NCBI GenBank assembly: GCA_963664395.2
Contig: OY761159.2
Span: 352,001-416,000 of the forward strand
Length of the DNA stretch: 64,000 nucleotides
Source of the DNA: Candidatus Binatia bacterium
GTDB lineage: Bacteria > Desulfobacterota > Binatia > Bin18
Direction of reading: 5' to 3'
Below, piece by piece: positions 19,057 to 27,782 of the stretch. The translations under genes were made by a program, and so were the position numbers. Under the pieces are notes generated by a model. It was not told where the DNA came from. It did not search any database and saw only the letters and a program-made list of their open reading frames with translations. Position 1 is the stretch's first letter; every line of letters starts with the position of its first letter.

Positions 19057-20256
19057 TCAGACCACCCCATTCGCGCGTAACCGTGCGACCTCTTGCGCCG
19101 AATAGCCGAGCAGACTCGTCAGAACCTCATCCGTATGCTCTCCCAATAAGGGCGGCGGGAGACGGAACTCGACCGGGGTGGCAGAGAGTTTGAGCGGCGA
19201 GCCGACAAGCTGCACCTCCCCCGCGGTGGGGTGCGGCATGGACACGCGCATGTCACGCGCAAGCACCTGTTCATCTGCAAAGACTTCATCAATGGATTGA
19301 ATGGGCCCACAGGCAATACCCGCGGCGCGAATTTTCCGCAGCCAGCCGTGTACCGTATCCGCGCCAAACACGTCTTGGAGGAGAGGAATGAGGATGGCCC
19401 GGTTTTGCACTCGGGCGGGGTTGGTTGAAAACCGTTCGTCAGCCACGAGCGCAGGCTGTTCAATGAGCTGACACAGTTTTTGCCATTGTCTATCGTTCCC
19501 AACGGCCAGACAAAAATATCCATCTGTGGCTTGAAATGACTGATAGGGCACAATCGACGGATGGGCGTTGCCATAGCGACCAGGTTGCTTGCCGGACACT
19601 AAATAATTACTGGCGACGTTGGCCAGCCACGCGACCTGAGTATCCAGGAGAGAGATGTCGATCGCCTGCCCTTGGCCCGTTTTCGTTCGGGCAAGCAAGG
19701 CAGCCTGAATGGCGTTAGCGGCGAACAAACCGGCAGTGATATCGGTAATGGCAACTCCAACTTTCATGGGCTCGCCATCCGCCTCGCCGGTGATGCTCAT
19801 CACCCCACCCCGGCCCTGAATAATAAAATCGTATCCGGGCAGGTCTCTGTCCGGTCCGGTTTGGCCGTAGCCAGTGATAGAACAATAGACGAGCCCTGCA
19901 TTCTCCTGCGTGAGCTGTTCATACCCCAGCCCCAGCGACGCCATCTCACCGGATTTGAAATTTTCAATGAGGACATCGCTGACTTGGGCGAGACGCCGGA
20001 TGAGCTGCTTTCCGGCCTCGGATTTGAGATTGGCGCTCATACTTTTTTTATTGCGATTGGCACACAAATAATACGCGCTCTCACCGCCGGCAAACGGCGG
20101 GCCCCAGGCGCGGGTATCATCCCCACTCCCCGGTCGTTCGACTTTGATCACTTCCGCGCCAAGGTCCCCGAGCGTCATGGCGCAGAACGGCCCGGCTAAG
20201 ATGCGCGAAAGATCAAGGACCCGGAAGCCTGCCAATGCTTGCGTCGGTTGCGTCAT
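19057..20256 (-). CDS. Family III CoA-transferase (CaiB/BaiF)
   Basis: RVLDLSRILAGPF, GAEVIKVE, NRNKKS, SITGYG, GYD, PPLLGEHT motifs. Confidence 0.95.
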   Translation of the reverse strand: MTQPTQALAGFRVLDLSRILAGPFCAMTLGDLGAEVIKVERPGSGDDTRAWGPPFAGGESAYYLCANRNKKSMSANLKSEAGKQLIRRLAQVSDVLIENFKSGEMASLGLGYEQLTQENAGLVYCSITGYGQTGPDRDLPGYDFIIQGRGGVMSITGEADGEPMKVGVAITDITAGLFAANAIQAALLARTKTGQGQAIDISLLDTQVAWLANVASNYLVSGKQPGRYGNAHPSIVPYQSFQATDGYFCLAVGNDRQWQKLCQLIEQPALVADERFSTNPARVQNRAILIPLLQDVFGADTVHGWLRKIRAAGIACGPIQSIDEVFADEQVLARDMRVSMPHPTAGEVQLVGSPLKLSATPVEFRLPPPLLGEHTDEVLTSLLGYSAQEVARLRANGVV

Positions 20257-20456
20257 GCGTATTGCTCCAGTGGAATATGCGCAAATACAATTGCTACGTA
20301 ATACCCCTTTTGTCTTATCCCCTCACCCTACCCGTTTTCCGAAACGTTCATACAACCCGGAAGAATGTGATATAGATTGAAGGTCTGCTGTCTGTTCGGT
20401 AAATGTGGAGAAGAGACAGCTGACAGGTTCCGGTGGATGAGGAGGAGAGGTTGCAG

Positions 20457-20666
20457 ATGAAGGGAACTTTTATTTATCAGTGTCAAGAATGTAATGAGTT
20501 ACTCACCAGCGTTCCCAAGGGGATTTGTACTCACTGTGGTTCACAAACCACATTCCCTTTAGGTTGGTATCGGTTGTCCCCGGATGAACGAAGAAGCTGG
20601 CTTGATCGTATTCAGGGCCGGTCCCGCGGAGAGCCTATCGAAAAGACTGCACAGATTGCGGAATAG
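20457..20666 (+). CDS. Small zinc-ribbon hypothetical protein
   Basis: CQEC..CTHC pairs; strong RBS GGAGGAGAGG before ATG 20457. Confidence 0.6.
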   Translation: MKGTFIYQCQECNELLTSVPKGICTHCGSQTTFPLGWYRLSPDERRSWLDRIQGRSRGEPIEKTAQIAE

Positions 20667-20673
20667 CGGCTGC

Positions 20674-23310
20674 TCAGGCCGTTCCGGTTTTCTCTATCAA
20701 CTGCTGGTGTATATCCTGGCCGTTGACGCTTTTCTCGGCAATAATGAATAGTCCCTGACCGGCGCCTTTGTGTTCCCACAGCTCGCCAATCGTCCGCTTC
20801 TCCGCGGCATCCGTTCCATCAGCGATATGCGCACCCTTGTACTCAACAACGAGCAGCCGCCCGTCGTTCAGCAATGACACAAAGTCAGGGTAAAACTTAT
20901 CCGTGGCGGTGGGCAACCAGAACGAAGCCGGGTGGCGGGCCACATTGCGAACCCAGTATTTCACGCCGGGCAGACTGTCGAGAGCCTGAGCGCAACGCAC
21001 TTCCTCTCCGTCGTCCACGCCGTCGAAGACTGGAACGTGGTCCGGGCCTAAAAAGTGCTTTCCCGGCTTCCAACGTCCTCGGTAACGCCGCTGGTCCTGA
21101 TACATCCCGGCCTTGAATGAGAAAGCGTCGTCGAAGGATATTTCGACTTTTGCCTCGGGCGCAAAAAGACGCTGCTGATAGACGCTCTTCCGTTCTTGCC
21201 GGCGAATGGCACTAATCTTGTCTCGTATCTTCCGCGCCAGGATAAACTTGCAGCGCATGAGCGCAGTAATATGCAGGCCACGCGCATTGAGCAGATGAGT
21301 GACAAGGACGGAAAGCCAGTTAAGCAATTCACTCTGTCCGATGTCGGCTTGGCGCACCTGCCGGTCAAGCCACAGGATCAGGGCTTTAGGTGTCCAGCCT
21401 GCTACGCCTACGTTCAGCGTGAGTTGTTCCTTCTCGCCAGCGAACTGATAGGTGACGCGCCTGCCGTCAATGTCGATCTCAAAGCTGCGCGCTGTTTCAC
21501 GGACCGTGAATTCGTGCTCGTCCAAGTGCGACGAGTGGTTGAGCAGCGACCAATCATGATCTTCCATGAACACGTCGGTATCAGCAAACTCAAGCTCTCC
21601 CTGGAGTTTCGCCATGAGACGCGGCACGTCGAACTTCTCGCCACGTTCGGCGGGCGATAGCCGGTCCTTCGTCTTCATCCGGTGTGTCTCGACAGCCCAG
21701 GTAAAACCCTTGCGTTCACTCTCTGGAAGAGCCACACGGATAGCCTCTTCCAAATCATCATCAACGCGGCCAGCGACAGCGATCTCGACTTTGCCATCCT
21801 CCGTCTTTTGGACCGTGACGCCTTCACGCTTCTGAAGTGCTGAAATCACTTCAGACGTCGCGGTGACGGTGTGCTTGAAGACCAGCTTCGGCTTGTCGCG
21901 CGGACCGAAAAGACCGTCCTCACCGCCCAACTCTCCCTGTACCTGCTCAATGTTGTCACGCGCCTCGTCTTCCTCGAACCCCATCGCAACGAGCTTATCG
22001 GTCAATGTCCGCGCCGCCTCGCCCGAGGACGGCTCGGACAAGTAGGTATACGCCTTGTTCAACTCAGCAACTTTGCGCCGCTTGGCGTAAGGCATACGCA
22101 GCACGCGGCCCAGGAGTTGTTCTACGTCTGTTGCGCTGTGAATGCGCGAGACCGAGCAAAACACATAGGCGAAGGAACAGTCCCAGCCTTCTTTCAGGGC
22201 TTCTACTGTGATGACGTATTCAATCGGACAACGTGGGTCGAACAGATCGATACCGTCCAGCTCCCGCTGGTCGCCGGTGGCAACGGCGATTGAGCTTTCA
22301 GGAATATGCTCGACATCCGTCAGATGTTTTTTTAGCGCTTCGACCGTGATTTCCTGGTTCTTCTTTTGAGCCTGGAACAGAACGATGGGTCGGAGGTAGT
22401 CGGCGTCCCTTTTGGCGGCTTCGGCCAGCGACGCTCGTTTCGCAATCGCGCCGTTGACCGCGTTCTGCCAGGTGTCGTGCTCAGACAGCATGATTGGCAG
22501 TTTGATCATATCCTCGCGTTTGAGTTCCTGGGCGGTGACGCTGTATAGAATATTCGACTTGGGCCGGGGTGTGGCGGTGAACTCGACAATCGCGCACGGG
22601 TTGACCCGTGTTTGCATCTCGCGCGTCAGACCGGTCACCGCGTTGTGCGCTTCATCCACGATCATCAGTGGTCGGTGAATATGCAGCAGATTGGCGAAGG
22701 AGAATTTGACCCCGCCACCCTCCAGCTTCTCCAGACCCGGCCCAGTGTCCGGGACAGCGGAGAAGTGCGGTTCCATCTCTTCGTGGTGGGCGTACACCTT
22801 GCGGCCTTCGGTGTTCGTCACCCGCAGCGTCTGAATGGTGCCGACTACAATGCAACAGTGGTCGCGCAGGTCGTGCGGCCGAATGTGGGTAAAGTCAGCA
22901 ATATCGAATACGCGCACCCGACCGTCAAAGTCTTCATCCAGGACCTGCCGATACGGGTGGCCGGCGTTCTTCAACGCTTCGACTGTTTGCGAACGGATAG
23001 TCTTTGTCGGCACCAGCCACAGGACCAGCGGATAGTCTTTCTCTACCCAGGCATCGCGCGCCACGGTAACGGAGTGAGCCCCCAGAATCGTTTTGCCACC
23101 GCCGGTCGGCAGGCGCAGGCAGACATACGGTACGTTCGGCAGGTCCGCGAGCGGGGCGCTATACCTTCCGCCATAGCGTCCAAGTCGGTCCGCATATTCG
23201 GGTTCCTTGGTAATGGTTTCGTAGGCGTTCTTCGGCCCGGCCATGCGGGCTTCTTCAAAGAAGCGGCGCAGAACAGCCAGCGTATCGGCCTGATATTGCT
23301 TGAGTTGCAT
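20674..23310 (-). CDS. res: Type III restriction endonuclease subunit (SF2 helicase plus PD-ExK nuclease)
   Basis: PTGGGKT Walker A, DEAH, EGWD, QLLGRVLR; C-terminal FYPDF..VEYKG nuclease motif; downstream of mod. Confidence 0.92.
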   Translation of the reverse strand: MQLKQYQADTLAVLRRFFEEARMAGPKNAYETITKEPEYADRLGRYGGRYSAPLADLPNVPYVCLRLPTGGGKTILGAHSVTVARDAWVEKDYPLVLWLVPTKTIRSQTVEALKNAGHPYRQVLDEDFDGRVRVFDIADFTHIRPHDLRDHCCIVVGTIQTLRVTNTEGRKVYAHHEEMEPHFSAVPDTGPGLEKLEGGGVKFSFANLLHIHRPLMIVDEAHNAVTGLTREMQTRVNPCAIVEFTATPRPKSNILYSVTAQELKREDMIKLPIMLSEHDTWQNAVNGAIAKRASLAEAAKRDADYLRPIVLFQAQKKNQEITVEALKKHLTDVEHIPESSIAVATGDQRELDGIDLFDPRCPIEYVITVEALKEGWDCSFAYVFCSVSRIHSATDVEQLLGRVLRMPYAKRRKVAELNKAYTYLSEPSSGEAARTLTDKLVAMGFEEDEARDNIEQVQGELGGEDGLFGPRDKPKLVFKHTVTATSEVISALQKREGVTVQKTEDGKVEIAVAGRVDDDLEEAIRVALPESERKGFTWAVETHRMKTKDRLSPAERGEKFDVPRLMAKLQGELEFADTDVFMEDHDWSLLNHSSHLDEHEFTVRETARSFEIDIDGRRVTYQFAGEKEQLTLNVGVAGWTPKALILWLDRQVRQADIGQSELLNWLSVLVTHLLNARGLHITALMRCKFILARKIRDKISAIRRQERKSVYQQRLFAPEAKVEISFDDAFSFKAGMYQDQRRYRGRWKPGKHFLGPDHVPVFDGVDDGEEVRCAQALDSLPGVKYWVRNVARHPASFWLPTATDKFYPDFVSLLNDGRLLVVEYKGAHIADGTDAAEKRTIGELWEHKGAGQGLFIIAEKSVNGQDIHQQLIEKTGTA

Positions 23311-23319
23311 GACACGTCT

Positions 23320-23513
23320 TCCCCGGTCATCCTGAGCCCTTCGACCGTGCTCAGGACAGGCGTAGCGCAGCCCTCCCGTTCATCCTTCGACTTCGCTCCG
23401 CTACGCTCAGGACGAACGGAGGACCGTCGGTCCTGAGCGTAAGGCGCAACGCGCCTGAAGTCGAAGGGCCTGTCCCGAGCCGCGAGTCGAAGGGCGTCCA
23501 GGATGAACGGGGA
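23320..23513. repeat. 194-bp nested palindromic REP/MITE-like element
   Basis: 15-bp terminal IR with one mismatch (TCCCCGGTCATCCTG / CAGGATGAACGGGGA); inner IRs GCCCTTCGAC/GTCGAAGGGC and CCTTCGACTTC..TACGCTCAGGAC / GTCCTGAGCGTA..GAAGTCGAAGG. Confidence 0.8.
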
Positions 23514-23541
23514 GTATCTCGAAGGATTTGCTACTGTCCTC

Positions 23542-23709
23542 TCAAGTACGATGGTTCACCATGATGATTTCAGGCGCTACGTCCAACATGATTGCTTCGA
23601 ATTCATCCAGGGTGGCCGCCTCGATATGCAAGCCCTCAATATCGCTTTGGGAGTAGAATACTTCTGCCTCAGCGTCCCACACGGCTTTCACTCGAAAGGT
23701 CTGTTGCAT
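23542..23709 (-). CDS. DUF1902 (HicB-like fold) protein
   Basis: VKAVWDAEAEVFYSQSDIEGLHIEAATLDEF signature; RBS AGGAGG before ATG 23709; only 55 aa, may be shortened. Confidence 0.75.
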   Translation of the reverse strand: MQQTFRVKAVWDAEAEVFYSQSDIEGLHIEAATLDEFEAIMLDVAPEIIMVNHRT

Positions 23710-23777
23710 TCCGATATCCTCCTGTGGAGTCATGATCTGACAATCAGGTACGAATTGTCCGTACTCTCGTCAACCAA

Positions 23778-25319
23778 TCAGGCTCTTGCCTTCACATCAT
23801 ACGGCATCTGCTTAAACACAATACCCGCCCGCTCCAAAGTCGCAGAGGCCAGGCGCGACTGTTCACCGTAGACTGTCAGCCGACCTTTGAAATGCCCATA
23901 ATTTCGCTCAATCTCCTCCCGAATCGTAGAGAGTGTGGCCCGCGTCAGTACGTTGCCACCATTCGGTCGCTTGTCGCCCAGAATGCCATTGTACAGCAGC
24001 GCGTAAGCCTGCCCGTCGTGCAGACCCAGAAAGGGTGAATCCCCGTTCCCGTTCCACGGCCGCACGGTCTCGCTGAACCAGACATGGGCAGCCAGCACCG
24101 GAAAGCGAATGTCCGCCCGAATCTGCCCTGCCGCATCAAACACCGGCGGCCCGAGCCGGTAGAAACGGAACCCACCCCCGCCCTGCCAGCCCACGCTTTT
24201 CGAGATGCCGCCCTGCTCGCCGTCAATCACCTTACGCAAGCGGGGCACGCAATGCGTGACCGCGTGCTCACCCATCTCAATACCGATGTAGCGCCGGCCC
24301 ATCTTATGCGCGACCGCCGCCGTGGTGCCGGAGCCGAGGAAGGAGTCAAGGACGAGGTCGTCGGGGTTGGTGGCGATGTGGAGGATACGTTGAAGGAGGC
24401 GTTCGGGTTTGGGGGTGTCGAAAACATCTGATTTTCCAAACAGTTCAATTATTTCCCGCTTTGCTTCTTGAGTATTGCCTACTTCTTCATTTGGCCACCA
24501 TGTCCACGATTGTCTACCGGTCGTTTCCGACAAGTAGTTTTTTCTTCGAGGAACGCCTTTCCCGTCTTTTCCAAACCAAAATCTTCCTTCCTGAACCTGC
24601 TTTAGAAAAACGCTTTCTACATTTTTCCAACAGGAACCTTCTGGAGGATAATACTCTGCTCCACCTGGAGTTGTAATTTTATACATCTGGTTTGGCCGAT
24701 AGCCCTGCGCGCTAAAGTCCCTTGAAACCCATCTTCCACGTGGGTCATTATCGGGATTTTTGTATTCCTTTTGTTGACGCTCGCTAAGTGGAAGCAAATT
24801 TGCTCTTTCACGGAACAGGATGCCATTCCTCGAATAAACCAGAACATTCTCGTGACCGTCACCAAGAACTGCTCGAAAATCCGGCGAGGTTCTCTTTTGC
24901 CAAACAACGTTCGCTATGAAATTTGCTCGTCCGAATACCTCATCCATGATAACCTTGAGATAGTGGACTTCGTTATCGTCAATCGACACCCAGATTGAAC
25001 CGTCTTCGGCCAATAGCTCGCGCAATAGTTCCAGGCGCGGCCACATCATCGCCAGCCATTGCGTGTGTTCCAGACTGTCGTCGTAATGCTCGAAGGCAGA
25101 GTGCGTGTTGTACGGCGGGTCGATATAGATGCACTTCACCCGTCCGGCGTAGAACGGCAGCAATGCCTTGAGCGCTTCCAGGTTGTCGCCCTGAATTAGC
25201 ATGTTACCCGTGTCCGGCTCCCCCGCCGACAGGTCGGGCGCTTCTTCCAACAGCCGATACGGCACACGGGAGGCGGTGCGGAGGTCTTCGTCTCGGGTCA
25301 GCCAGTGGAGGGTGGGCAT
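23778..25319 (-). CDS. mod: Type III R-M DNA adenine methyltransferase
   Basis: LIQGDNL, IYIDPPYN (motif IV), FDTPKPE, VLDSFLGSGTT (motif I); beta-class order. Confidence 0.93.
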   Translation of the reverse strand: MPTLHWLTRDEDLRTASRVPYRLLEEAPDLSAGEPDTGNMLIQGDNLEALKALLPFYAGRVKCIYIDPPYNTHSAFEHYDDSLEHTQWLAMMWPRLELLRELLAEDGSIWVSIDDNEVHYLKVIMDEVFGRANFIANVVWQKRTSPDFRAVLGDGHENVLVYSRNGILFRERANLLPLSERQQKEYKNPDNDPRGRWVSRDFSAQGYRPNQMYKITTPGGAEYYPPEGSCWKNVESVFLKQVQEGRFWFGKDGKGVPRRKNYLSETTGRQSWTWWPNEEVGNTQEAKREIIELFGKSDVFDTPKPERLLQRILHIATNPDDLVLDSFLGSGTTAAVAHKMGRRYIGIEMGEHAVTHCVPRLRKVIDGEQGGISKSVGWQGGGGFRFYRLGPPVFDAAGQIRADIRFPVLAAHVWFSETVRPWNGNGDSPFLGLHDGQAYALLYNGILGDKRPNGGNVLTRATLSTIREEIERNYGHFKGRLTVYGEQSRLASATLERAGIVFKQMPYDVKARA

Positions 25320-26701
25320 TAGTTATTACCCTTCTCGGGAACCTCTGACATGGCTTCGTTGTATTCGGCAATCCATTGTTCGGCTTCTTCTTTAGTGTAG
25401 GCTCCGGTGATGGCCATGCTATCTGTCGGCAGTTGAAAGCTTGTAGGCTGGTCAATGTGTCCTTCAAGTTCCTCTCGCAACTCTCGTGCTTCATCATCAG
25501 GAAGACCTTTCCCCGCAGAATACACATCTTCCTGACTCAAGCCACCTGCGAAAAAGACTTGAGATAATTCGCTATCCTTGGCGATCTGCCTCCTTATATG
25601 CTTCTCAAACTCTATCCCCGAAGACCAATACTCGCTTCTGGATCCTTCTGGCGGCGTGTCGCCAAAATCAACCCTAAACGCTTGCACTCTGAAAAGAGTA
25701 GCCCCGCGTAGTTCCAATCCCATAAGAGTAGCTTCGTGGAGTCGCGCCCCGCCAAGAGCAGCCGCGTGCAGTTGCGCCCCGCCAAGATTCGCTCCGTACA
25801 GTTGCGCACCCTCAAGGGCCACTCCGTACAACCGCGCCAGGAAAAGACGGGCCTTGTGAAGCTCCGTTTCGCGAAGAACTGCCCAGTGCAGATGCGCCAT
25901 TTCAAGATTCGCCCTATGTAGCCGTGCCCCGTCAAGGTTAGCCCCATGTAACCTCGCCTCGCTAAGGTTAGCTCCATGTAGTTGTGCACCGCAGAGGAGA
26001 GCCTTTTGCAGATGTGCTCCTGGCATCACCGCCTTTTCTAAACGTGCGCCTAGAAGATCGGCCCCGTTCAGCCAGCTTCCCTGTAAGTTAATATGGAGAC
26101 CTTTGAAGACTTCGTGCTTCTGCACGAACAGCAGGGTCAGCAGACTCTGGATTTCTTCCGAAGGTTTCGACTTATACTTTTTCCGATATTCGTCTTCGCC
26201 CGTTGTCTGGCGAATATGAGCGCAGAGAATGTCCAACACGGTCTGACGTAAGTCTTTCGTATCTTGCGCAGTATCTTCTGCTAGATGGAACAGTTCATAA
26301 GCTCCGCCCAAACGCACAGATTCCGATTTATGTCCCAAGTGCTCAATGGCATTTTTCAGGCGTTCCTGCCGCTGCCCCTGCTCGGTCTTCTCGTTGGCTT
26401 TTGCCTGCTCATTCGCAGTGTCTTCCATCGCCTTGGCACGCTTGTTGGCTATTAAGGCTTGTAGGGCGAGTATGACGCCGCCCATGCCAATCCCCAGGAA
26501 TTTTAGAGCCTCGTTTTTTTCGGATGCCCCTAAAATCTGGACAATATATTGTTGAGCGCTTTCGCAGAACATGACCAACACAAAAGCGCTCAACAATAGG
26601 ACAAGCACAATGCCGGAGAGGCCGACCAGAACGGTCGAAACAGGATTCGTCTTGAACGCTTGGCTGAGGCGATCCTTTAGGCTTGAGAAAAGATTCATCA
26701 C
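25319..26701 (-). CDS. Membrane-anchored pentapeptide-repeat protein
   Basis: Two N-terminal TM helices, coiled coil, AIEHLG..VRLGGAYEL, then a long run of A(D/N/Q/R)LxX pentapeptides; TAATG overlap with mod. Confidence 0.85.
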   Translation of the reverse strand: MMNLFSSLKDRLSQAFKTNPVSTVLVGLSGIVLVLLLSAFVLVMFCESAQQYIVQILGASEKNEALKFLGIGMGGVILALQALIANKRAKAMEDTANEQAKANEKTEQGQRQERLKNAIEHLGHKSESVRLGGAYELFHLAEDTAQDTKDLRQTVLDILCAHIRQTTGEDEYRKKYKSKPSEEIQSLLTLLFVQKHEVFKGLHINLQGSWLNGADLLGARLEKAVMPGAHLQKALLCGAQLHGANLSEARLHGANLDGARLHRANLEMAHLHWAVLRETELHKARLFLARLYGVALEGAQLYGANLGGAQLHAAALGGARLHEATLMGLELRGATLFRVQAFRVDFGDTPPEGSRSEYWSSGIEFEKHIRRQIAKDSELSQVFFAGGLSQEDVYSAGKGLPDDEARELREELEGHIDQPTSFQLPTDSMAITGAYTKEEAEQWIAEYNEAMSEVPEKGNN

Positions 26702-26735
26702 AGGTCTCCGACTAGAGCGCTTATCTCGAATTTAT

Positions 26736-26805
26736 CCCTCTCTCTAGCCCTCTCCTAGGGGGAGAGAACAGCCCGTAGGGCGGCTTAGCGCAGCGTAAGC
26801 CGACA
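26736..26805. repeat. Two adjacent REP-like palindromes
   Basis: CCCTCTCTCTAGCCCTCTCCTAGGGGGAGAG (same family as 42553) followed by GTAGGGCGGCTTAGCGCAGCGTAAGCCGACA (IR CGGCTTA/TAAGCCG). Confidence 0.7.
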
Positions 26806-26827
26806 TCCTCCGAAGCTAGCGATGAGA

Positions 26828-27112
26828 TCAAGCACCGGCGGGCAGCACCTGCTTGGCTATTTCTGCTCCCCGGTCTCGTTCGACCAGGGCAATGTCGTAT
26901 TGGCTCTGGAGTTCGAGCCAGAAACCGGGTCGGTTGCCGAAATAGTGGCCAAGCCGAACCGCAGTCTCAGCGGTGATCGACCGGCGGCCATTCAAAATGT
27001 CGGTGACGCGGCCGGATGGCACGCCAAGGGCGAGCGCTAATCTATTAGCGCTCAGGTTGCGCGCCTCAAGCTCGCGTTTCAGCAGTCTGCCAGGATGTGA
27101 AATAGGGAGCAT
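26828..27112 (-). CDS. higA: HigA-family addiction-module antidote (XRE HTH), no adjacent higB
   Basis: HPGRLLKREL, LALALGVPSGRVTDILNGRRSITAETAVRL, FWLELQSQYD. Confidence 0.92.
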   Translation of the reverse strand: MLPISHPGRLLKRELEARNLSANRLALALGVPSGRVTDILNGRRSITAETAVRLGHYFGNRPGFWLELQSQYDIALVERDRGAEIAKQVLPAGA

Positions 27113-27116
27113 TGTT

Positions 27117-27704
27117 TCATCCTTTGTGGGAGGCGAGGGAACGCCTCAGCCAGTCCCGTACCGTGGCCAGCAGGGAGGACGGCGGGGATGGCACGTCTGC
27201 TGGAGGGGCAGCCAGGCTGCGACTCTCCTCCCACCACTCGACGTGGGTCAGGTGGAGTTGGGCGATGCGGGTGATGGCAGGAATGAGTTGTGTCGTGATG
27301 AACGCCTGGTTCACCTCGCTCTCCAGCAGCAGGTCGGTCTGGGCGATATAGCTCTCGGTGCTGGAATGCAGGCTTGAGATGAGAGCGTTGTCGGTCATAC
27401 CGGGCACTGCTGTCTTCAGGGCGCTGCCCTCAAGCCGGGCCAGGGCTTTCTGGGCGACGGGTCGGGTTGCGGAGTCGGGGGTGTCAACCAGAAAAATGAG
27501 GGAGAGGTAGCGTAGCGTCGAGCTGTGGGGCTTTGGCCGGGCAATGCGGCACAGCCCGGAGAGCGCCTCGTTTCCGGGGCGCTCAAGCGTGAACTCAAAG
27601 AACGCCAGCATTTGTTCGCCGGCATACAGGTCAATCAGTTCTTGCCTGAGGTCGATGACGTCCTGGGGTTCCTGTCTGTTCCCCGTATCCTTTTTTTTCT
27701 CCAT
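27117..27704 (-). CDS. Hypothetical protein
   Basis: 195-aa ORF with RBS GGAGG, host-like codon use; ends 4 nt before higA. Confidence 0.65.
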   Translation of the reverse strand: MEKKKDTGNRQEPQDVIDLRQELIDLYAGEQMLAFFEFTLERPGNEALSGLCRIARPKPHSSTLRYLSLIFLVDTPDSATRPVAQKALARLEGSALKTAVPGMTDNALISSLHSSTESYIAQTDLLLESEVNQAFITTQLIPAITRIAQLHLTHVEWWEESRSLAAPPADVPSPPSSLLATVRDWLRRSLASHKG

Positions 27705-27730
27705 GCCTGCGCCTCCGACGCTCGAAAGCG

Positions 27731-27760
27731 AAAAAAAAGGGCGCCCTTTCTGGACGCCCC
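27731..27760 (-). terminator. Rho-independent terminator
   Basis: GGGCGTCC-AGAAA-GGGCGCCC stem followed by T8 on the minus strand, just after the amidohydrolase stop. Confidence 0.8.
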
Positions 27761-27782
27761 GGTTTGTCCGCTTGCCAGCCTT

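Noticed and set aside
23320-23513. CRISPR array or structured ncRNA gene
   Set aside because: The repeats are nested inverted units without regular unique spacers, no cas genes are present, and no RNA family is recognisable.
23778-25319. Phase-variable mod (phasevarion)
   Set aside because: No simple-sequence repeat tract was seen in the ORF or near its start.
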